Shown here piece by piece: positions 40,092 to 50,119 of a DNA stretch of 64,000 nt. The stretch spans positions 6,529-70,528 of the forward strand of contig JAMQHL010000047.1 of the NCBI GenBank assembly GCA_025993795.1. The letters run 5' to 3'. Each line of letters opens with the position of its first letter. Within the stretch, counting starts at the first letter, position 1. Made by a program: the position numbers and the translations under genes. This DNA is from Planctomycetota bacterium (GTDB taxonomy: Bacteria > Planctomycetota > UBA8742 > UBA2392). A model generated the notes under the pieces. The model was given only the letters and a program-made list of their open reading frames with translations, was not told where the DNA came from and did no database searches.

Positions 40092-42542
40092 TTGCCGACC
40101 TGGTTGATCTGGACACTCGGCCTTGGGATTCCGCTGGCGGCAGCGGCGGTGCCGATCATTATCCACATCATCAACCTCACGCGTTACCGCAAAATCGAGT
40201 GGGCGGCGATGGAGTTCCTGCTTGCCGCGTACAAACGTACGCGCCGTCGCGTGCAGATGGAGTCGCTGATCATGCTGCTGCTGCGGGTGCTGGCAGTGAT
40301 GCTGATTGCTGCGGCGCTGTTTCCGATGGGCTGTGAGCGCGTCAAGGAATGGGCCGACGAGACCATGGGCATCACGCGCGGCACGCTTTCTACAGACGCG
40401 CCGCTTCACCTTGTGCTCGTGCTCGATAACAGCGCCAGCATGGGCTACAAGCAGGAAGGCCAGACCAGCTTTGATCGCGCCAAGCAGTTTGCGCTGGCGA
40501 CTGTCGACAGCCTGAAGCCAAACCGTGACCGCGTGTCGGTCGTTCGCCTCAGTGACGTGTACGTGCCCCCCGGCATCGGTGGGCTGGCGCTTGCCGACGA
40601 CGCAGCCGACAAGTCCCGTCGCCGCCGCGTCAGCCAGCTTTCAAGCCTGAACCTTGATGCCGCGCGGCGCGAGATCGCCGCCACGGGCGTGGCCGCTGTG
40701 GATACGAACATGCTGGCGGCATTGCGCGAGTCTGCCCGGATGGTTGAGGGTACGCCCGAGGCCGACGCGGTGGGGCTGGTAGTCATCGGCGATTTCTGCA
40801 CGTCGGGCTGGCGTGAGCTTGCCAAAGACGGAACGGTTCATGCCGATTTCGTTGCCGTGATGGACCGGATGAATGCCCGACTCAAGACCAGCGGAACCGT
40901 GCCGGTTTTCTATGACGCGGGCTTTGAGAACGCCCAGAATGTTGCCATCACCGGTGTTCGCGTGAATGAACGCATCGTCGGCAACGGCATGGAAGCCAAG
41001 GTACTGATTGATGTGCAGTTCAGCGCCAGCGACCCGCGCGCGCAGGACCGCAACGTGCGCCTGAAGTATCGCATCGACGGCGGGGCCGAGCGCCCCTTCG
41101 GCGCTCCGATTGTGCTGCAGCCCAACCGCGCCGCTGAACCTGTGCAGCTTGTGCTGCCCGCGCGCGACCTGGCCCTGAAGCCGGAAGAAGAGAAGTCCGG
41201 CGCATCGCGAAACATCGAGATCTTCACGGAGGAGCCGGACGCCCTGACCACCGACAACACCCGCAACGTTGTCATTCATGTCGTGCCAGGCGTGCCGATT
41301 CTGGTCATTGACGGCGTGCCTCACGCTGACCCCAACATCGACGAAACCTTTTATCTTGAAACCGCGCTGGGCATCTCCTCCAGTCGTGTCGAGGGCGAAC
41401 GCGGCGAAACGCCTGATGTGCGCATCACGCCCAACTACATCGTCAGCATGCGGCCCGAGCAGATGGCGGCGATCGACAGCTTCTTTGACTATCGCCTGGT
41501 GATTCTGGCGAACGTGCAGGACATTCCTGAGGGCGTGGTTGCCAAGCTGGAAGAGTTTGTGGAAGCGGGCTTCGGGCTGCTGATTTTCGACGGCGACAAA
41601 GTGGACTTTGGCAAATACAACTCGCTGCTTTACAAGGATGGCAAGGGCATGTTGCCGGCCAGGCTTGGTCGCCCCGGCGGCAGTGACGCCCCGACGGCAG
41701 AGAACTATGGGCTTACAGTCAGCGGCCCTGACCACCCTGTAATCAAGCTGTTCGCCGAGTCCCCCGAGAACCTCACGATCATCACCGACCCGGTGGCTGT
41801 GCGAAACTGGCGCGAGGTCACGCTGCCGGCCGGCACCGAGGTTGACCCGCTTCGCCAGACTCAAACCCTGCTGAGCCTCAACCTGCCGAGCGGCCCTGTG
41901 CCCTTCATGCTTGAGCGGCCCTATGGGCGAGGTCGCGTGATGTATGTGACCACCACGGCGTCTGAGCGCTGGAACGGGTTGTGGCGCACCAACGGGCTGC
42001 CACTGTTTCTTTACCTTGAGGTTGCCAGCTACCTTACTGGCAATGAGGCGCGCTATTCCAACCTGTCGGTGGGCGAGCCATTTCGGCGCGTGTTGCGCGT
42101 AGTTGACGTTGCGCCGCAGTACACGGTGCGAGACCCAGCGGGCACCAATGTCGATATCGCAGCCACCAGCGACGCCGGCGTCAATCTGCTTGAATTCGCG
42201 GGCACCGCACAGCCGGGCGTGTACACGCTGACAGCCTTTGAGAAGACCGATTCCGGGGAGCCGCGCCGCAAGTGGCAGGAGCGGTTCAGCGTCAACCTGC
42301 ACGCGCGCGAGAGCGACCTGCTGCGCCTGGGCGTCGCTGAGGGCGGCACCGAAGCGGCACTCAAGGAAGCGTTGGGGGAGTTACCCATGTTGTATCGTCG
42401 CGCCGGCGACGAGCTTGAAGGCGGTGATGCGCTGGCTGGCGACCAGGGTGGGAAAGAGTGGATGTGGCTGGCGGTGTTGGGCGTATGCTTCCTGCTGTTC
42501 GAAACGTTGTGGAGCGGCGTCATTTCCAAGGCGGACAAGTAG
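40092..42542 (+). CDS. BatA-like N-terminal double-TM / vWA-domain membrane protein (816 aa)
   Basis: N-terminal TM pair (IWTLGLGIPLAAAAVPIIIHII...LLLRVLAVMLIAAALFP) followed by a vWA MIDAS block LVLVLDNSASMGY, matching the aerotolerance (Bat) protein layout. Confidence 0.65.
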   Translation: MPTWLIWTLGLGIPLAAAAVPIIIHIINLTRYRKIEWAAMEFLLAAYKRTRRRVQMESLIMLLLRVLAVMLIAAALFPMGCERVKEWADETMGITRGTLSTDAPLHLVLVLDNSASMGYKQEGQTSFDRAKQFALATVDSLKPNRDRVSVVRLSDVYVPPGIGGLALADDAADKSRRRRVSQLSSLNLDAARREIAATGVAAVDTNMLAALRESARMVEGTPEADAVGLVVIGDFCTSGWRELAKDGTVHADFVAVMDRMNARLKTSGTVPVFYDAGFENAQNVAITGVRVNERIVGNGMEAKVLIDVQFSASDPRAQDRNVRLKYRIDGGAERPFGAPIVLQPNRAAEPVQLVLPARDLALKPEEEKSGASRNIEIFTEEPDALTTDNTRNVVIHVVPGVPILVIDGVPHADPNIDETFYLETALGISSSRVEGERGETPDVRITPNYIVSMRPEQMAAIDSFFDYRLVILANVQDIPEGVVAKLEEFVEAGFGLLIFDGDKVDFGKYNSLLYKDGKGMLPARLGRPGGSDAPTAENYGLTVSGPDHPVIKLFAESPENLTIITDPVAVRNWREVTLPAGTEVDPLRQTQTLLSLNLPSGPVPFMLERPYGRGRVMYVTTTASERWNGLWRTNGLPLFLYLEVASYLTGNEARYSNLSVGEPFRRVLRVVDVAPQYTVRDPAGTNVDIAATSDAGVNLLEFAGTAQPGVYTLTAFEKTDSGEPRRKWQERFSVNLHARESDLLRLGVAEGGTEAALKEALGELPMLYRRAGDELEGGDALAGDQGGKEWMWLAVLGVCFLLFETLWSGVISKADK

Positions 42543-42606
42543 GCCGCGCTTGCGGCAGAAGCACGATAGAAACGGAACAGCAGTGAGCGGAATCCAGAAA
42601 TTCGTC

Positions 42607-45600
42607 ATGTCCTTCTTCAGCGTGCTGCTGCTGGCAGTGCTGGTGTTGGCTGTGTACGGGGTCATCTTTCCGGGCCGTATCGCCGAAGTACTTGCGCCCG
42701 GCAGTGTATTCTCGTGGGAGAACTTCGATCCGTTCTCGCGGCAGTCTGAAGGCGGCGCCACCTGGAAGGGCATTTCGTTGTTTGAGATCAGCCCGCTGAT
42801 CTGGACGGCGCTGCTCGTGATACCGGTCTGCGTGTTGCTGCCTGCCGTCATCTATTTCTACGAAAAGAAGAAGGTGTCACGGTTGACGCGAGTGTTTCTT
42901 GCGTCGTTGCGCGCGGGCATTTTGTTCCTGCTGTACCTGTTGATTGCCGGCCCGTCGCTGGTCGCCACTGAAACCTATATCGAGGGCAGCAAGGTTGCCG
43001 TGCTGATTGACGACAGCCTTTCGATGGGGGACGAGTCTCGCGAGTTTCCAATCTTCAATGTGTTTGACGACCGCGAGTCAGCGGACGTTCGGGAACTGCG
43101 CGACCATCTGCGCGGCCTTGGCGTTGACGTGCCGCCGCCGCCGAACCAGGGTTTCGTTACCCTGTCCGATGACGAAGTGGCCGTGCGCGGGTTTGCCCGG
43201 CGGGTTGTGCGTGAGCGCGCGACACGGATGGTCAAGCGTTTGTCTGAGCTGCATGGCGGTCGCTTTGACATCGGCGGCTGGCAGCGACTGCGGCGCGAAC
43301 TGGACGGCATCGCCGCAGAGGCAGACTTGCGGCAGAGTGAACTGTCGGCTGAAACCAGCAAGGAAACGCCGAATGATAGCCAGGTACGCCGCCTGCAGAG
43401 CGAGCTGGATGAGCTGTTGCGGCAGTTGATGCTGCGCGAGCAGGAATTTGCGAAGCTGCTGGGTGGCAAAGCGGACGACAAGGCTGTCATCCAGAAGCGC
43501 GCACTGATCAACAACCTTCTTGGCACATGCCACCCCGAAGGCCCGCGCCGCTGGGACATCGCCTGCGAGCTGGTGACGGACGGAAACACGCTCAGCGCCC
43601 TGAAGCAGGGCGACAAATCATTGATTGATGTACTGCGCGCGCGCGCCGCCGAGATAGCGCAGAAGGCCGACAAGCGCCGCACCGAGAACCGCGTTGCCAT
43701 GCTTCGCTTCTTCGTGTTCTCAACGCGTTTCGGTCGCGAACAGCTCACCGACGAGGCCATCCTCGAGATTGATCCGGCAGAGCTCGACTTCCGTGAGCCT
43801 CGAGGGCGCCTGACCGAAGTGGATGCAGCGCTGCGCGAAGTGCGCCGCTACTACACCGCCGAAGATGACCTGTCGTCGATCATTCTTCTGACCGACGGAC
43901 GCGACACCAGCCCGAACGAAGTACGTGCGGCAGACGAGGCCGCGAAAGCACGCAGCAGTGTAGAGATCGTCAGCATCGCCATTGGCAACCCCAAGCCGGT
44001 CAAGGTGCTTGAATTGCTGAGCGTTTCGGCGGACCGCGAAATACTCAAGGGCGACTTCCTTGACTTCAAGCTGAAGATTCGCGCTGACAAGGCCTATCGC
44101 GCAGACACCGAAAAGGGAACGCCCGGCCAGCGCGTGAAGATCATCCTGTGCGAAGATTCGCCGACCAACCCCGTGGCATACAGTGAATTGAACGGCGGAG
44201 TGGTACGGGGCCAGGATGGCACCGAAATCGAGCTTGGGCCGGAAGAGCTGGCAGAAGTGAAAATCCGGTTCAAGCCGGCCGTAACCGGCAAGCACATCTA
44301 TTACCTGAAGCTGAACGATGACCGGCTTCCGGATGAGGACACGTACCGCAATAACGTCAAGGAACATGAGGTCGAGATCATCGACCGCAAGATCAAGGTG
44401 CTTTACCTGGAAGGCCGCTTCCGCTACCAGGCGCGGTACCTGAATGAAGCACTCAAACGCGACAAGAAACTTGAGTACCAGGGCTACTTTTTCGACGCGC
44501 AGGACGGATGGACCCAGCCCACAAGCCAGTACGATGAAGAAGTCCGCCGCAAACTGACGCCGCTGGTTGCCCCGTTTGCCGTGGGCGACCGGGTGATTCG
44601 CGACAAGGAAGAGTTTTTCAAGCTCGACTATGACGTCATCATTATGGGCGATGTTGACCCGGATGACAGCCGCTTCCGGCGCGAGCACTGGGATTGGCTT
44701 GAAGAGTGGGTGAGCCACCACCGCGGCGGATTGGTACTGCTCGCCGGCCAGGGCTACAACTTCAGCGCCTACCGCAACATTGAAAAGGCGCGGGTGCTGT
44801 ATCCGGTTGAACTCGACACGCCCCGTGACGCTGAGGGTGCCATCGACCACAAGCAGCAGAAGTTCTGGCGCCTTACGCCCGCCGGTCGCGCACATGAAGT
44901 GCACCGCCTGAGCAGCAACCCGGCCCGTAATGACGAGCTGTGGGGCAGCATTAAGGATGGCAGCTTTGTCAAAGGACAGCTCCACGGCCTGTACTGGTAC
45001 CAGGGCACTGCGGGCATCAAGCCGGCACCGGCGGTCGCGCTGTCGCGCGTCACACGCGAGGGCAAGATTACGGGCGAAGGCGACGTACTGACCGCCGCCA
45101 TGCCATACGGCAGCGGCATGACCTTCTATTGCGGCAGCGACGACACATGGTTGTGGCGCGAGTTTGTCGGCGACGTGTACTTCTACCGGTTCTGGCAGAA
45201 CACGCTGCGATTTGTTGCCAGCCGCCGCCTGAAGGGAAAGCAGCAGCGGGTGGACGTCTATACCGACAAGACCCGCTACCAGGTGAGCGAGCAGGTCAAG
45301 GTCTATGTGGAGTTGCTGGGCGACATCTACAACGAGGTTACGCAGAACCAGAATAAGGAGCTCTCAGAGCTGCCGCGCGGCCCCGAGGACACGGAGGCGC
45401 GTCGCCTGATTGTCGAGTTGCAGGCCCGCAGCCAGGGGCGCTTGTCGGCGCGTCGTGTTGTCCTGCGTGAAGTGAGCTGGAGCCCGAACCTGTTTGAGGG
45501 AATCGTTGAAGCCAATGAGCCCGGGCAGTTCGACGTATGGGTGCAGGGCTACGAAGAAAGCCGCAAGCAGCCGCACCGCTACACGGTGATCGCTCCGGTA

Positions 45601-45894
45601 GCAGAACTGCGCAACCTGACAATGGACTTTGATGGCTTGCAGAAGCGCTCCACCAAGCTGCCCGCAAGCATTGCGCCCATGGAATACCAGGGCGGCAAGC
45701 GCATCTACCTGATGACGGACATGGGCCAGGCAGTCTTTGAAATCCGCGAGAAAGAGAACGAGCTGAAGGGCATCACCAGCCTGCTGTGGAACCGCAAAGA
45801 TGAGCCCTGGAGTTTGCGCTCGATGCTGCTGGTGTTGATGATCATGCTGCTCGCCGGCGAGTGGCTGACCCGTAAGCTCGTGCGCATGGTGTAA
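42607..45894 (+). CDS. second very large BatA/vWA-type membrane protein (≈1095 aa)
   Basis: TM segments at the N-terminus (MSFFSVLLLAVLVLAVYGVIFPG; LIWTALLVIPVCVLLPAVIYF; GILFLLYLLIAGP). vWA MIDAS VAVLIDDSLSMGD ... IILLTDGRDT is split by a long coiled-coil insertion. C-terminal TM LVLMIMLLAGEWL. Start ambiguous between GTG 42583 and ATG 42607; the ORF-track start at 42238 overlaps the previous gene and is rejected. Confidence 0.6.
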   Translation: MSFFSVLLLAVLVLAVYGVIFPGRIAEVLAPGSVFSWENFDPFSRQSEGGATWKGISLFEISPLIWTALLVIPVCVLLPAVIYFYEKKKVSRLTRVFLASLRAGILFLLYLLIAGPSLVATETYIEGSKVAVLIDDSLSMGDESREFPIFNVFDDRESADVRELRDHLRGLGVDVPPPPNQGFVTLSDDEVAVRGFARRVVRERATRMVKRLSELHGGRFDIGGWQRLRRELDGIAAEADLRQSELSAETSKETPNDSQVRRLQSELDELLRQLMLREQEFAKLLGGKADDKAVIQKRALINNLLGTCHPEGPRRWDIACELVTDGNTLSALKQGDKSLIDVLRARAAEIAQKADKRRTENRVAMLRFFVFSTRFGREQLTDEAILEIDPAELDFREPRGRLTEVDAALREVRRYYTAEDDLSSIILLTDGRDTSPNEVRAADEAAKARSSVEIVSIAIGNPKPVKVLELLSVSADREILKGDFLDFKLKIRADKAYRADTEKGTPGQRVKIILCEDSPTNPVAYSELNGGVVRGQDGTEIELGPEELAEVKIRFKPAVTGKHIYYLKLNDDRLPDEDTYRNNVKEHEVEIIDRKIKVLYLEGRFRYQARYLNEALKRDKKLEYQGYFFDAQDGWTQPTSQYDEEVRRKLTPLVAPFAVGDRVIRDKEEFFKLDYDVIIMGDVDPDDSRFRREHWDWLEEWVSHHRGGLVLLAGQGYNFSAYRNIEKARVLYPVELDTPRDAEGAIDHKQQKFWRLTPAGRAHEVHRLSSNPARNDELWGSIKDGSFVKGQLHGLYWYQGTAGIKPAPAVALSRVTREGKITGEGDVLTAAMPYGSGMTFYCGSDDTWLWREFVGDVYFYRFWQNTLRFVASRRLKGKQQRVDVYTDKTRYQVSEQVKVYVELLGDIYNEVTQNQNKELSELPRGPEDTEARRLIVELQARSQGRLSARRVVLREVSWSPNLFEGIVEANEPGQFDVWVQGYEESRKQPHRYTVIAPVAELRNLTMDFDGLQKRSTKLPASIAPMEYQGGKRIYLMTDMGQAVFEIREKENELKGITSLLWNRKDEPWSLRSMLLVLMIMLLAGEWLTRKLVRMV

Positions 45895-45916
45895 AGCCTG
45901 CCGGGCTGTTAGTTCT

Positions 45917-46996
45917 TTGCCGCTGTCACGACCTATGCCGACGCCTGTTGCTGCCAATGACTTTCTGCGCGACCCGGCAAAGCTGCCGGCTGCCCCCGTG
46001 TATGCGGTGTTCGGGCCTGAGGACTACCTGCGAGGAAAGTGCCTCAGGGCGCTTCTGTCGTTGCTGGACAAGCGCGGCATGGAAATCAAGCGCATCGAAC
46101 CCGAAGACACCCTTACGCGCGTGCTCGATGAACTGCGCTCGCCAAGCCTGTTTGGAGGCGCGGTGGCCATTGTCATAGGCAACCAGCGTGTCGGAAACCG
46201 CCAGGAGGCAACAACCCGCTTCAAAGAAGAGTTTCTGGCCTATCTGGAAAAGCCCAGCAAGCGCAACGTGCTTGTTTTTGACGGCGCCACATTTCAGCGC
46301 AACCTGACGGTCCCCAAGCGCGTCAGCGCGGACTTTCCGACCGTAATCTGCGAAGAGCTCAAGCCCTGGGACGTCCGCTGCTGGAACCAGTTGGCGATCA
46401 ATGCCGCCGGCGAGATCGGGCTAAAGCTTTCGCCCGACGCGCTGACGGCCCTGCGTGAGTACACCGGCGGCAGTCTCGGACGCGCCGAGTCGGAGTTGCA
46501 CAAGCTGGCGCTGCTGAGCAAGGACGGAAAGGTCACGCCGGCGGATATCGCCCACGCATGCGGTTACGAGGGTGCTGACCTGACATTTCCACTGTGTGAT
46601 GCAATCCTCACTGGTGACACTCGCGCTGCCATGGCCTGCGCTGCTAAAATGGCTGGCAAAGCAGAGTTGGGGTCGGTACTCTCTCTGCTGGCACTGCTGC
46701 GGCTACAGGTTGTTGGCCTCGGCCGCGCGGCATTTGCATTGCAACAGGGTAAATCGGCAGCGGAGGCACAAACCCTTGCCAAGGTCAGGCTTAGGGAAAA
46801 TCTGAAAAGTGGTTTCATTGGCACTGCAAAGGGGCTGGACCGCGCGAAGGTCCGCGCGGCGCTTGAGGTCTTGATGGCAGCAGACGAAAGCATGAAGTCC
46901 GCGTCACCAGACCCCGCCAATTTACTGATCGGCACCGTCTCGCGGCTTTGCGAAACGTTAAAGTCGAGGGAACCAGAGGGGCTGGTCGTTCGTTAG
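45917..46996 (+). CDS. holA: DNA polymerase III delta subunit (HolA)-like
   Basis: The N-terminal VYAVFGPEDYLRGKCLRALLSLL matches the HolA opening motif (vyLlyGeE.yl...). Overall length and helical C-terminal domain fit the delta subunit. Assignment from pattern memory only. Confidence 0.5.
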   Translation: MPLSRPMPTPVAANDFLRDPAKLPAAPVYAVFGPEDYLRGKCLRALLSLLDKRGMEIKRIEPEDTLTRVLDELRSPSLFGGAVAIVIGNQRVGNRQEATTRFKEEFLAYLEKPSKRNVLVFDGATFQRNLTVPKRVSADFPTVICEELKPWDVRCWNQLAINAAGEIGLKLSPDALTALREYTGGSLGRAESELHKLALLSKDGKVTPADIAHACGYEGADLTFPLCDAILTGDTRAAMACAAKMAGKAELGSVLSLLALLRLQVVGLGRAAFALQQGKSAAEAQTLAKVRLRENLKSGFIGTAKGLDRAKVRAALEVLMAADESMKSASPDPANLLIGTVSRLCETLKSREPEGLVVR

Positions 46997-47023
46997 CAAG
47001 GCTCAACAGGGACAGGGGACAAA

Positions 47024-47971
47024 GTGGTACCTGACTACGACGACGACGATGTAGTTGAAGACTACGACGAGGTTAGCAGTCCTTCGGACGTTCGCCGCGT
47101 GAAGTCGGCCCAGGGCGGGCCTGTTCAGCGTCCGTCCAAGGGCGTAAAGCCGTCGGAGCCGGTGCGACCGCCGACGACGGCTGCGCCGCAGCTTCAGGAC
47201 GGGCAACCATCGCCGGCCAAGGGCAAGATTTCCCACAAGTCCGCCAAGTTGATCTGGATCATCTGCATTGCGGTCACGGTGCTCGGCATTGCTGCGTTTG
47301 TGCTCGACATTACCGTTGATGCGTTTGGTCGCCGCGGCACCATCGACGACGGCGGCAATACCGTGGCCAACATCAAGCCGCACAATCTGCCGCCAAAGAA
47401 GAGTGCAGAAACGCTCACAGAGCACCAGATTCGGGCGCGCGCGTTTGCGGTTTCGGCGTATGAAAAGGGCCGCGAGATGAAGAAGTCCCGCGCCTACGAC
47501 TACATTCGTATTGCCATCAAGAAGGTACGTGGGGCCCAGAAGGCCGGCATGGAAGACCGTGGCAACGACGAAATCTGGATTGCCGCGTGGCAGGAGTGGT
47601 ACCAGACTGTCTACGCACTTGAGCTGTTCCGTTACAAGTGGCCGTACAATATGGACAACATCCCGATGGTCAATTCCTTCAAGCATTACGAAGGATTCGA
47701 AGAGATGACAGAAGAGGCGCTCAAGAATGAAGACAACGAGCGCGAGATTGCCGCGTACCTGATTTACCAGGAGCTTGAGCACGAGATCAACGAGGTAAAG
47801 AAGGGCATGCAGCAGATCGCCAAGGCGTCCACCATGATGACCAGCGAAGCCGTCAAGCCCGCGCGCCAGAAGTGGGAAGCAGCCCGCGACAAACAGGAGT
47901 TTGAGCAGGCCGACCTGGACGACGTCAACCGTGCACCACGCAACCCTGACAAAGAGCCCGTTCCGTACTAG
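47024..47971 (+). CDS. hypothetical protein with acidic N-terminus and one TM (315 aa)
   Basis: Begins DYDDDDVVEDYDE, has a Pro-rich linker and a TM (LIWIICIAVTVLGIAAFVL). No known domain; followed by a terminator. Confidence 0.4.
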   Translation: MVPDYDDDDVVEDYDEVSSPSDVRRVKSAQGGPVQRPSKGVKPSEPVRPPTTAAPQLQDGQPSPAKGKISHKSAKLIWIICIAVTVLGIAAFVLDITVDAFGRRGTIDDGGNTVANIKPHNLPPKKSAETLTEHQIRARAFAVSAYEKGREMKKSRAYDYIRIAIKKVRGAQKAGMEDRGNDEIWIAAWQEWYQTVYALELFRYKWPYNMDNIPMVNSFKHYEGFEEMTEEALKNEDNEREIAAYLIYQELEHEINEVKKGMQQIAKASTMMTSEAVKPARQKWEAARDKQEFEQADLDDVNRAPRNPDKEPVPY

Positions 47972-47984
47972 CAGAAAAGTCGAC

Positions 47985-48011
47985 AAAGACCCCGCTTTGC
48001 GCGGGGTCTTT
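47985..48011 (+). terminator. intrinsic terminator (aaagaccccgc-tttgc-gcggggtcttt)
   Basis: 11-bp perfect inverted repeat immediately after the stop of the 47024 gene, followed by a tgtgt/T-rich tract. Confidence 0.5.
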
Positions 48012-48089
48012 GTGTACCTGCCGGCGTTTTACTTTGCGGTTTGCGTGCTGATCTGGTTCTCTTGATCCAGGACAACGGAGGTTTCAGCC

Positions 48090-48863
48090 ATGGGTAAGGT
48101 ATTCAAGCTGTTGGTCGGTCTGTTTGCGGTGGTGGGCGTGATCACGAGTGCCGGCGTCGGTTATGTATACGCCACCAACGGCGAGCTGATGGGACAGTTC
48201 TGGGGCGTCAAGGACGACTTCAAGGCCGTTCCCGCCGAGCGCAGGCAAGAGGTGTTTGCCGAGTTGCCGGCGCGCATCACATTCGAGAAAGAGGTCAGCG
48301 CGGACATGCAGGCCCTGCCGCAAGAGCGCCAGGCCGCACTCTACGAGCAGTTGACCAAGAGCCGCGACACCGTCTTCGAGCAGTTCAAGAAGCGCATCGC
48401 TGCCGAGGCCGAAATCTCACGCAAAGCCGCCGAGACCAAGACCGCCGCTGCAGACGTGACAAAGGAAATCGAAAAGCAGCTGGGCAAAGTTGATGTCGGC
48501 GTCGACATCACCGGCAAGAACAAACCGTCCACTCCCAAGCCTGACCCGCTCAAGGCCGTGCACAGCGCCGAGTCTGAACTTGCCAAGGCGTCACTGGCAT
48601 ACGGGCGCAGCCTCGACAGCAGCGACGGCAAGGCAAGGGTCAATGCTGCGGTTGGCGTGCTGCGCGCGCTCGACAAATTGGGCACCGAAGTCCAGGTTGC
48701 GCTCAAGAAGAACCTGGGCGGCGAAGACAAGGCAGCCTTGGATTCCATTGTTGCGGAAGCTCGTGCCACATTCCAGGACGTGAAGAAAACCCCGGGGCTC
48801 GACAGCAACGCTGAGGCCAAGAAGCTGCTGGTCAGTGTGCCCGCCAAGCTGACCACGGGCTGA
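48090..48863 (+). CDS. hypothetical secreted/membrane-anchored helical protein (257 aa)
   Basis: N-terminal hydrophobic segment (VFKLLVGLFAVVGVITSAGVGYV) and Ala/Lys/Glu-rich helical remainder. No recognisable domain. Confidence 0.4.
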   Translation: MGKVFKLLVGLFAVVGVITSAGVGYVYATNGELMGQFWGVKDDFKAVPAERRQEVFAELPARITFEKEVSADMQALPQERQAALYEQLTKSRDTVFEQFKKRIAAEAEISRKAAETKTAAADVTKEIEKQLGKVDVGVDITGKNKPSTPKPDPLKAVHSAESELAKASLAYGRSLDSSDGKARVNAAVGVLRALDKLGTEVQVALKKNLGGEDKAALDSIVAEARATFQDVKKTPGLDSNAEAKKLLVSVPAKLTTG

Positions 48864-48887
48864 TCCACAAGCCGCCAACACACAAAC

Positions 48888-48908
48888 CGCCGATGCGATG
48901 CATCGGCG
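48888..48908. terminator. bidirectional hairpin between convergent genes (cgccgatgc-gat-gcatcggcg)
   Basis: 9-bp perfect stem with a 3-nt loop between the stops of the 48090(+) and 48916(-) genes. The loop is tight and T-tracts are weak on both sides. Confidence 0.35.
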
Positions 48909-48915
48909 ATTTGCG

Positions 48916-49713
48916 TCAGGCCTGGACGTCCTCAATGAACCTGCGCGGCACACCGATTTCGGCGACCACGACCTTGCCGCAGTACGCAGGCCCGGCCTTG
49001 TCCAGAAAGCCCGGCTTGGCCGCCACGAACGTCACCGTGACCTCGGCACGCACGCACACGCCCAGCACGTCGCCGGTGTCAGCATCCAGCCCGCTGGGTA
49101 TGTCCACGGACAGCACCGGCGCGCCCGCTTCGTTGATAGCCTGAACTGCCGCGCGGTAGGGGTCTTCCAGCGTTCGGGTCAGTCCCGTGCCGAACATGGC
49201 ATCCACAATCAGGCAGGCGTCGCGCATCAGTGGGCGTAGCTCGTGCACCGCGTGGGCATCCGGCAGCGAAGCAATCTCGACGCCCAGAGATCGCAGCAGG
49301 GCCGCGTTTCTGGCAACGTCGGTGGGTGCGCCCTCAAGCGGTGCGGCTGACCCGACAATAAAAGTGCGAACAGCGTACCCGCGGTTGTGCAGGGTCCGGG
49401 CAATGGCCAAGCCGTCACCGCCGTTGTTGCCGGGGCCGCAGAAGATGAGCGTCGGGTCAGGAAACTCGTTCAGGGCCAATTTCCACTGTTCAAGCTCTTC
49501 CACGGTGCGCGGGATATCGTCTTTGCTGCCGGGGGACCGAAGTTTGCGCATCGCGCGTTGCACGCCGTGCAGCCGCAGAATTCGTTCGCACTCGTCCGCG
49601 CAGGCACGCGCGGCATTTTCCATCAGCACAAAAGAGGGAATGCCGAACTCTTCAATCGCGCGGCGATCAAGTTCACGTACCTGCTTGCGCGTCAGTGTCT
49701 TCTGTGGCGGCAT
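48916..49713 (-). CDS. nnrE: NAD(P)H-hydrate epimerase (YjeF N-terminal domain)
   Basis: Motifs LIFCGPGNNGGDGLAIAR and DAMFGTGL are characteristic of the YjeF-N/NnrE domain. There is no C-terminal NnrD domain, so this is a stand-alone epimerase. Confidence 0.7.
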   Translation of the reverse strand: MPPQKTLTRKQVRELDRRAIEEFGIPSFVLMENAARACADECERILRLHGVQRAMRKLRSPGSKDDIPRTVEELEQWKLALNEFPDPTLIFCGPGNNGGDGLAIARTLHNRGYAVRTFIVGSAAPLEGAPTDVARNAALLRSLGVEIASLPDAHAVHELRPLMRDACLIVDAMFGTGLTRTLEDPYRAAVQAINEAGAPVLSVDIPSGLDADTGDVLGVCVRAEVTVTFVAAKPGFLDKAGPAYCGKVVVAEIGVPRRFIEDVQA

Positions 49714-49760
49714 GAAGTTACGCTAGTAAATCGCGGCTATGCGGGGAATACCCGTCTGCT

Positions 49761-50102
49761 GTGCAGGGTTCGCCGGGGTGCGGCGTGAAAGAGAGTATGC
49801 AAGACCCATTTGCGCCACACCGCGCCAAGCTTGCGGGTGCCAGGATTGTGGTCTACGTATCCACCTGGTGTCCGGATTGCTCGCGGTTGAAGTCATTCCT
49901 TGACCGATTCGAAGTCTCCTACAACACGGTCAACATCAGCAAGAGCCACGACGCGGCTACCAGACTGGAGGAAGAGACAGGCAAGCGCGGCGTGCCCTAC
50001 GTGCTGGTAAACGGAAGCAAGTGGGTAAGGGGTTACCACATCGACCAACCCGGCCGGCTGAACCTGACGCTGTTTGTCAGCGAGTTGGCGGAAGCGTTGT
50101 GA
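49761..50102 (+). CDS. glutaredoxin-family thioredoxin-fold protein
   Basis: IVVYVSTWCPDCSRLKSF (CxxC active site after β1) and ...GVPYVLVNG (cis-Pro/GG region). Start could be the downstream ATG at 49797-49799 (MQDPF). Confidence 0.6.
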   Translation: MQGSPGCGVKESMQDPFAPHRAKLAGARIVVYVSTWCPDCSRLKSFLDRFEVSYNTVNISKSHDAATRLEEETGKRGVPYVLVNGSKWVRGYHIDQPGRLNLTLFVSELAEAL

Positions 50103-50119
50103 ACAGCTAGAACCCAAGC

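Noticed and set aside
40641-42302. 553-aa minus-strand ORF inside the BatA-like gene; likewise 43720-44985 (421 aa), 45364-45957, 42975-43760 inside the second vWA gene
   Set aside because: Same GC-driven open antisense frames. The sense frames carry TM helices and MIDAS motifs.
42238-42606. Upstream extension of the second vWA gene overlapping the BatA-like gene by ~300 nt
   Set aside because: Overlap frame is Arg/Cys/Trp-rich nonsense. The TM-forming N-terminus begins at MSFFSVLLLAV (42607), just after the preceding stop.
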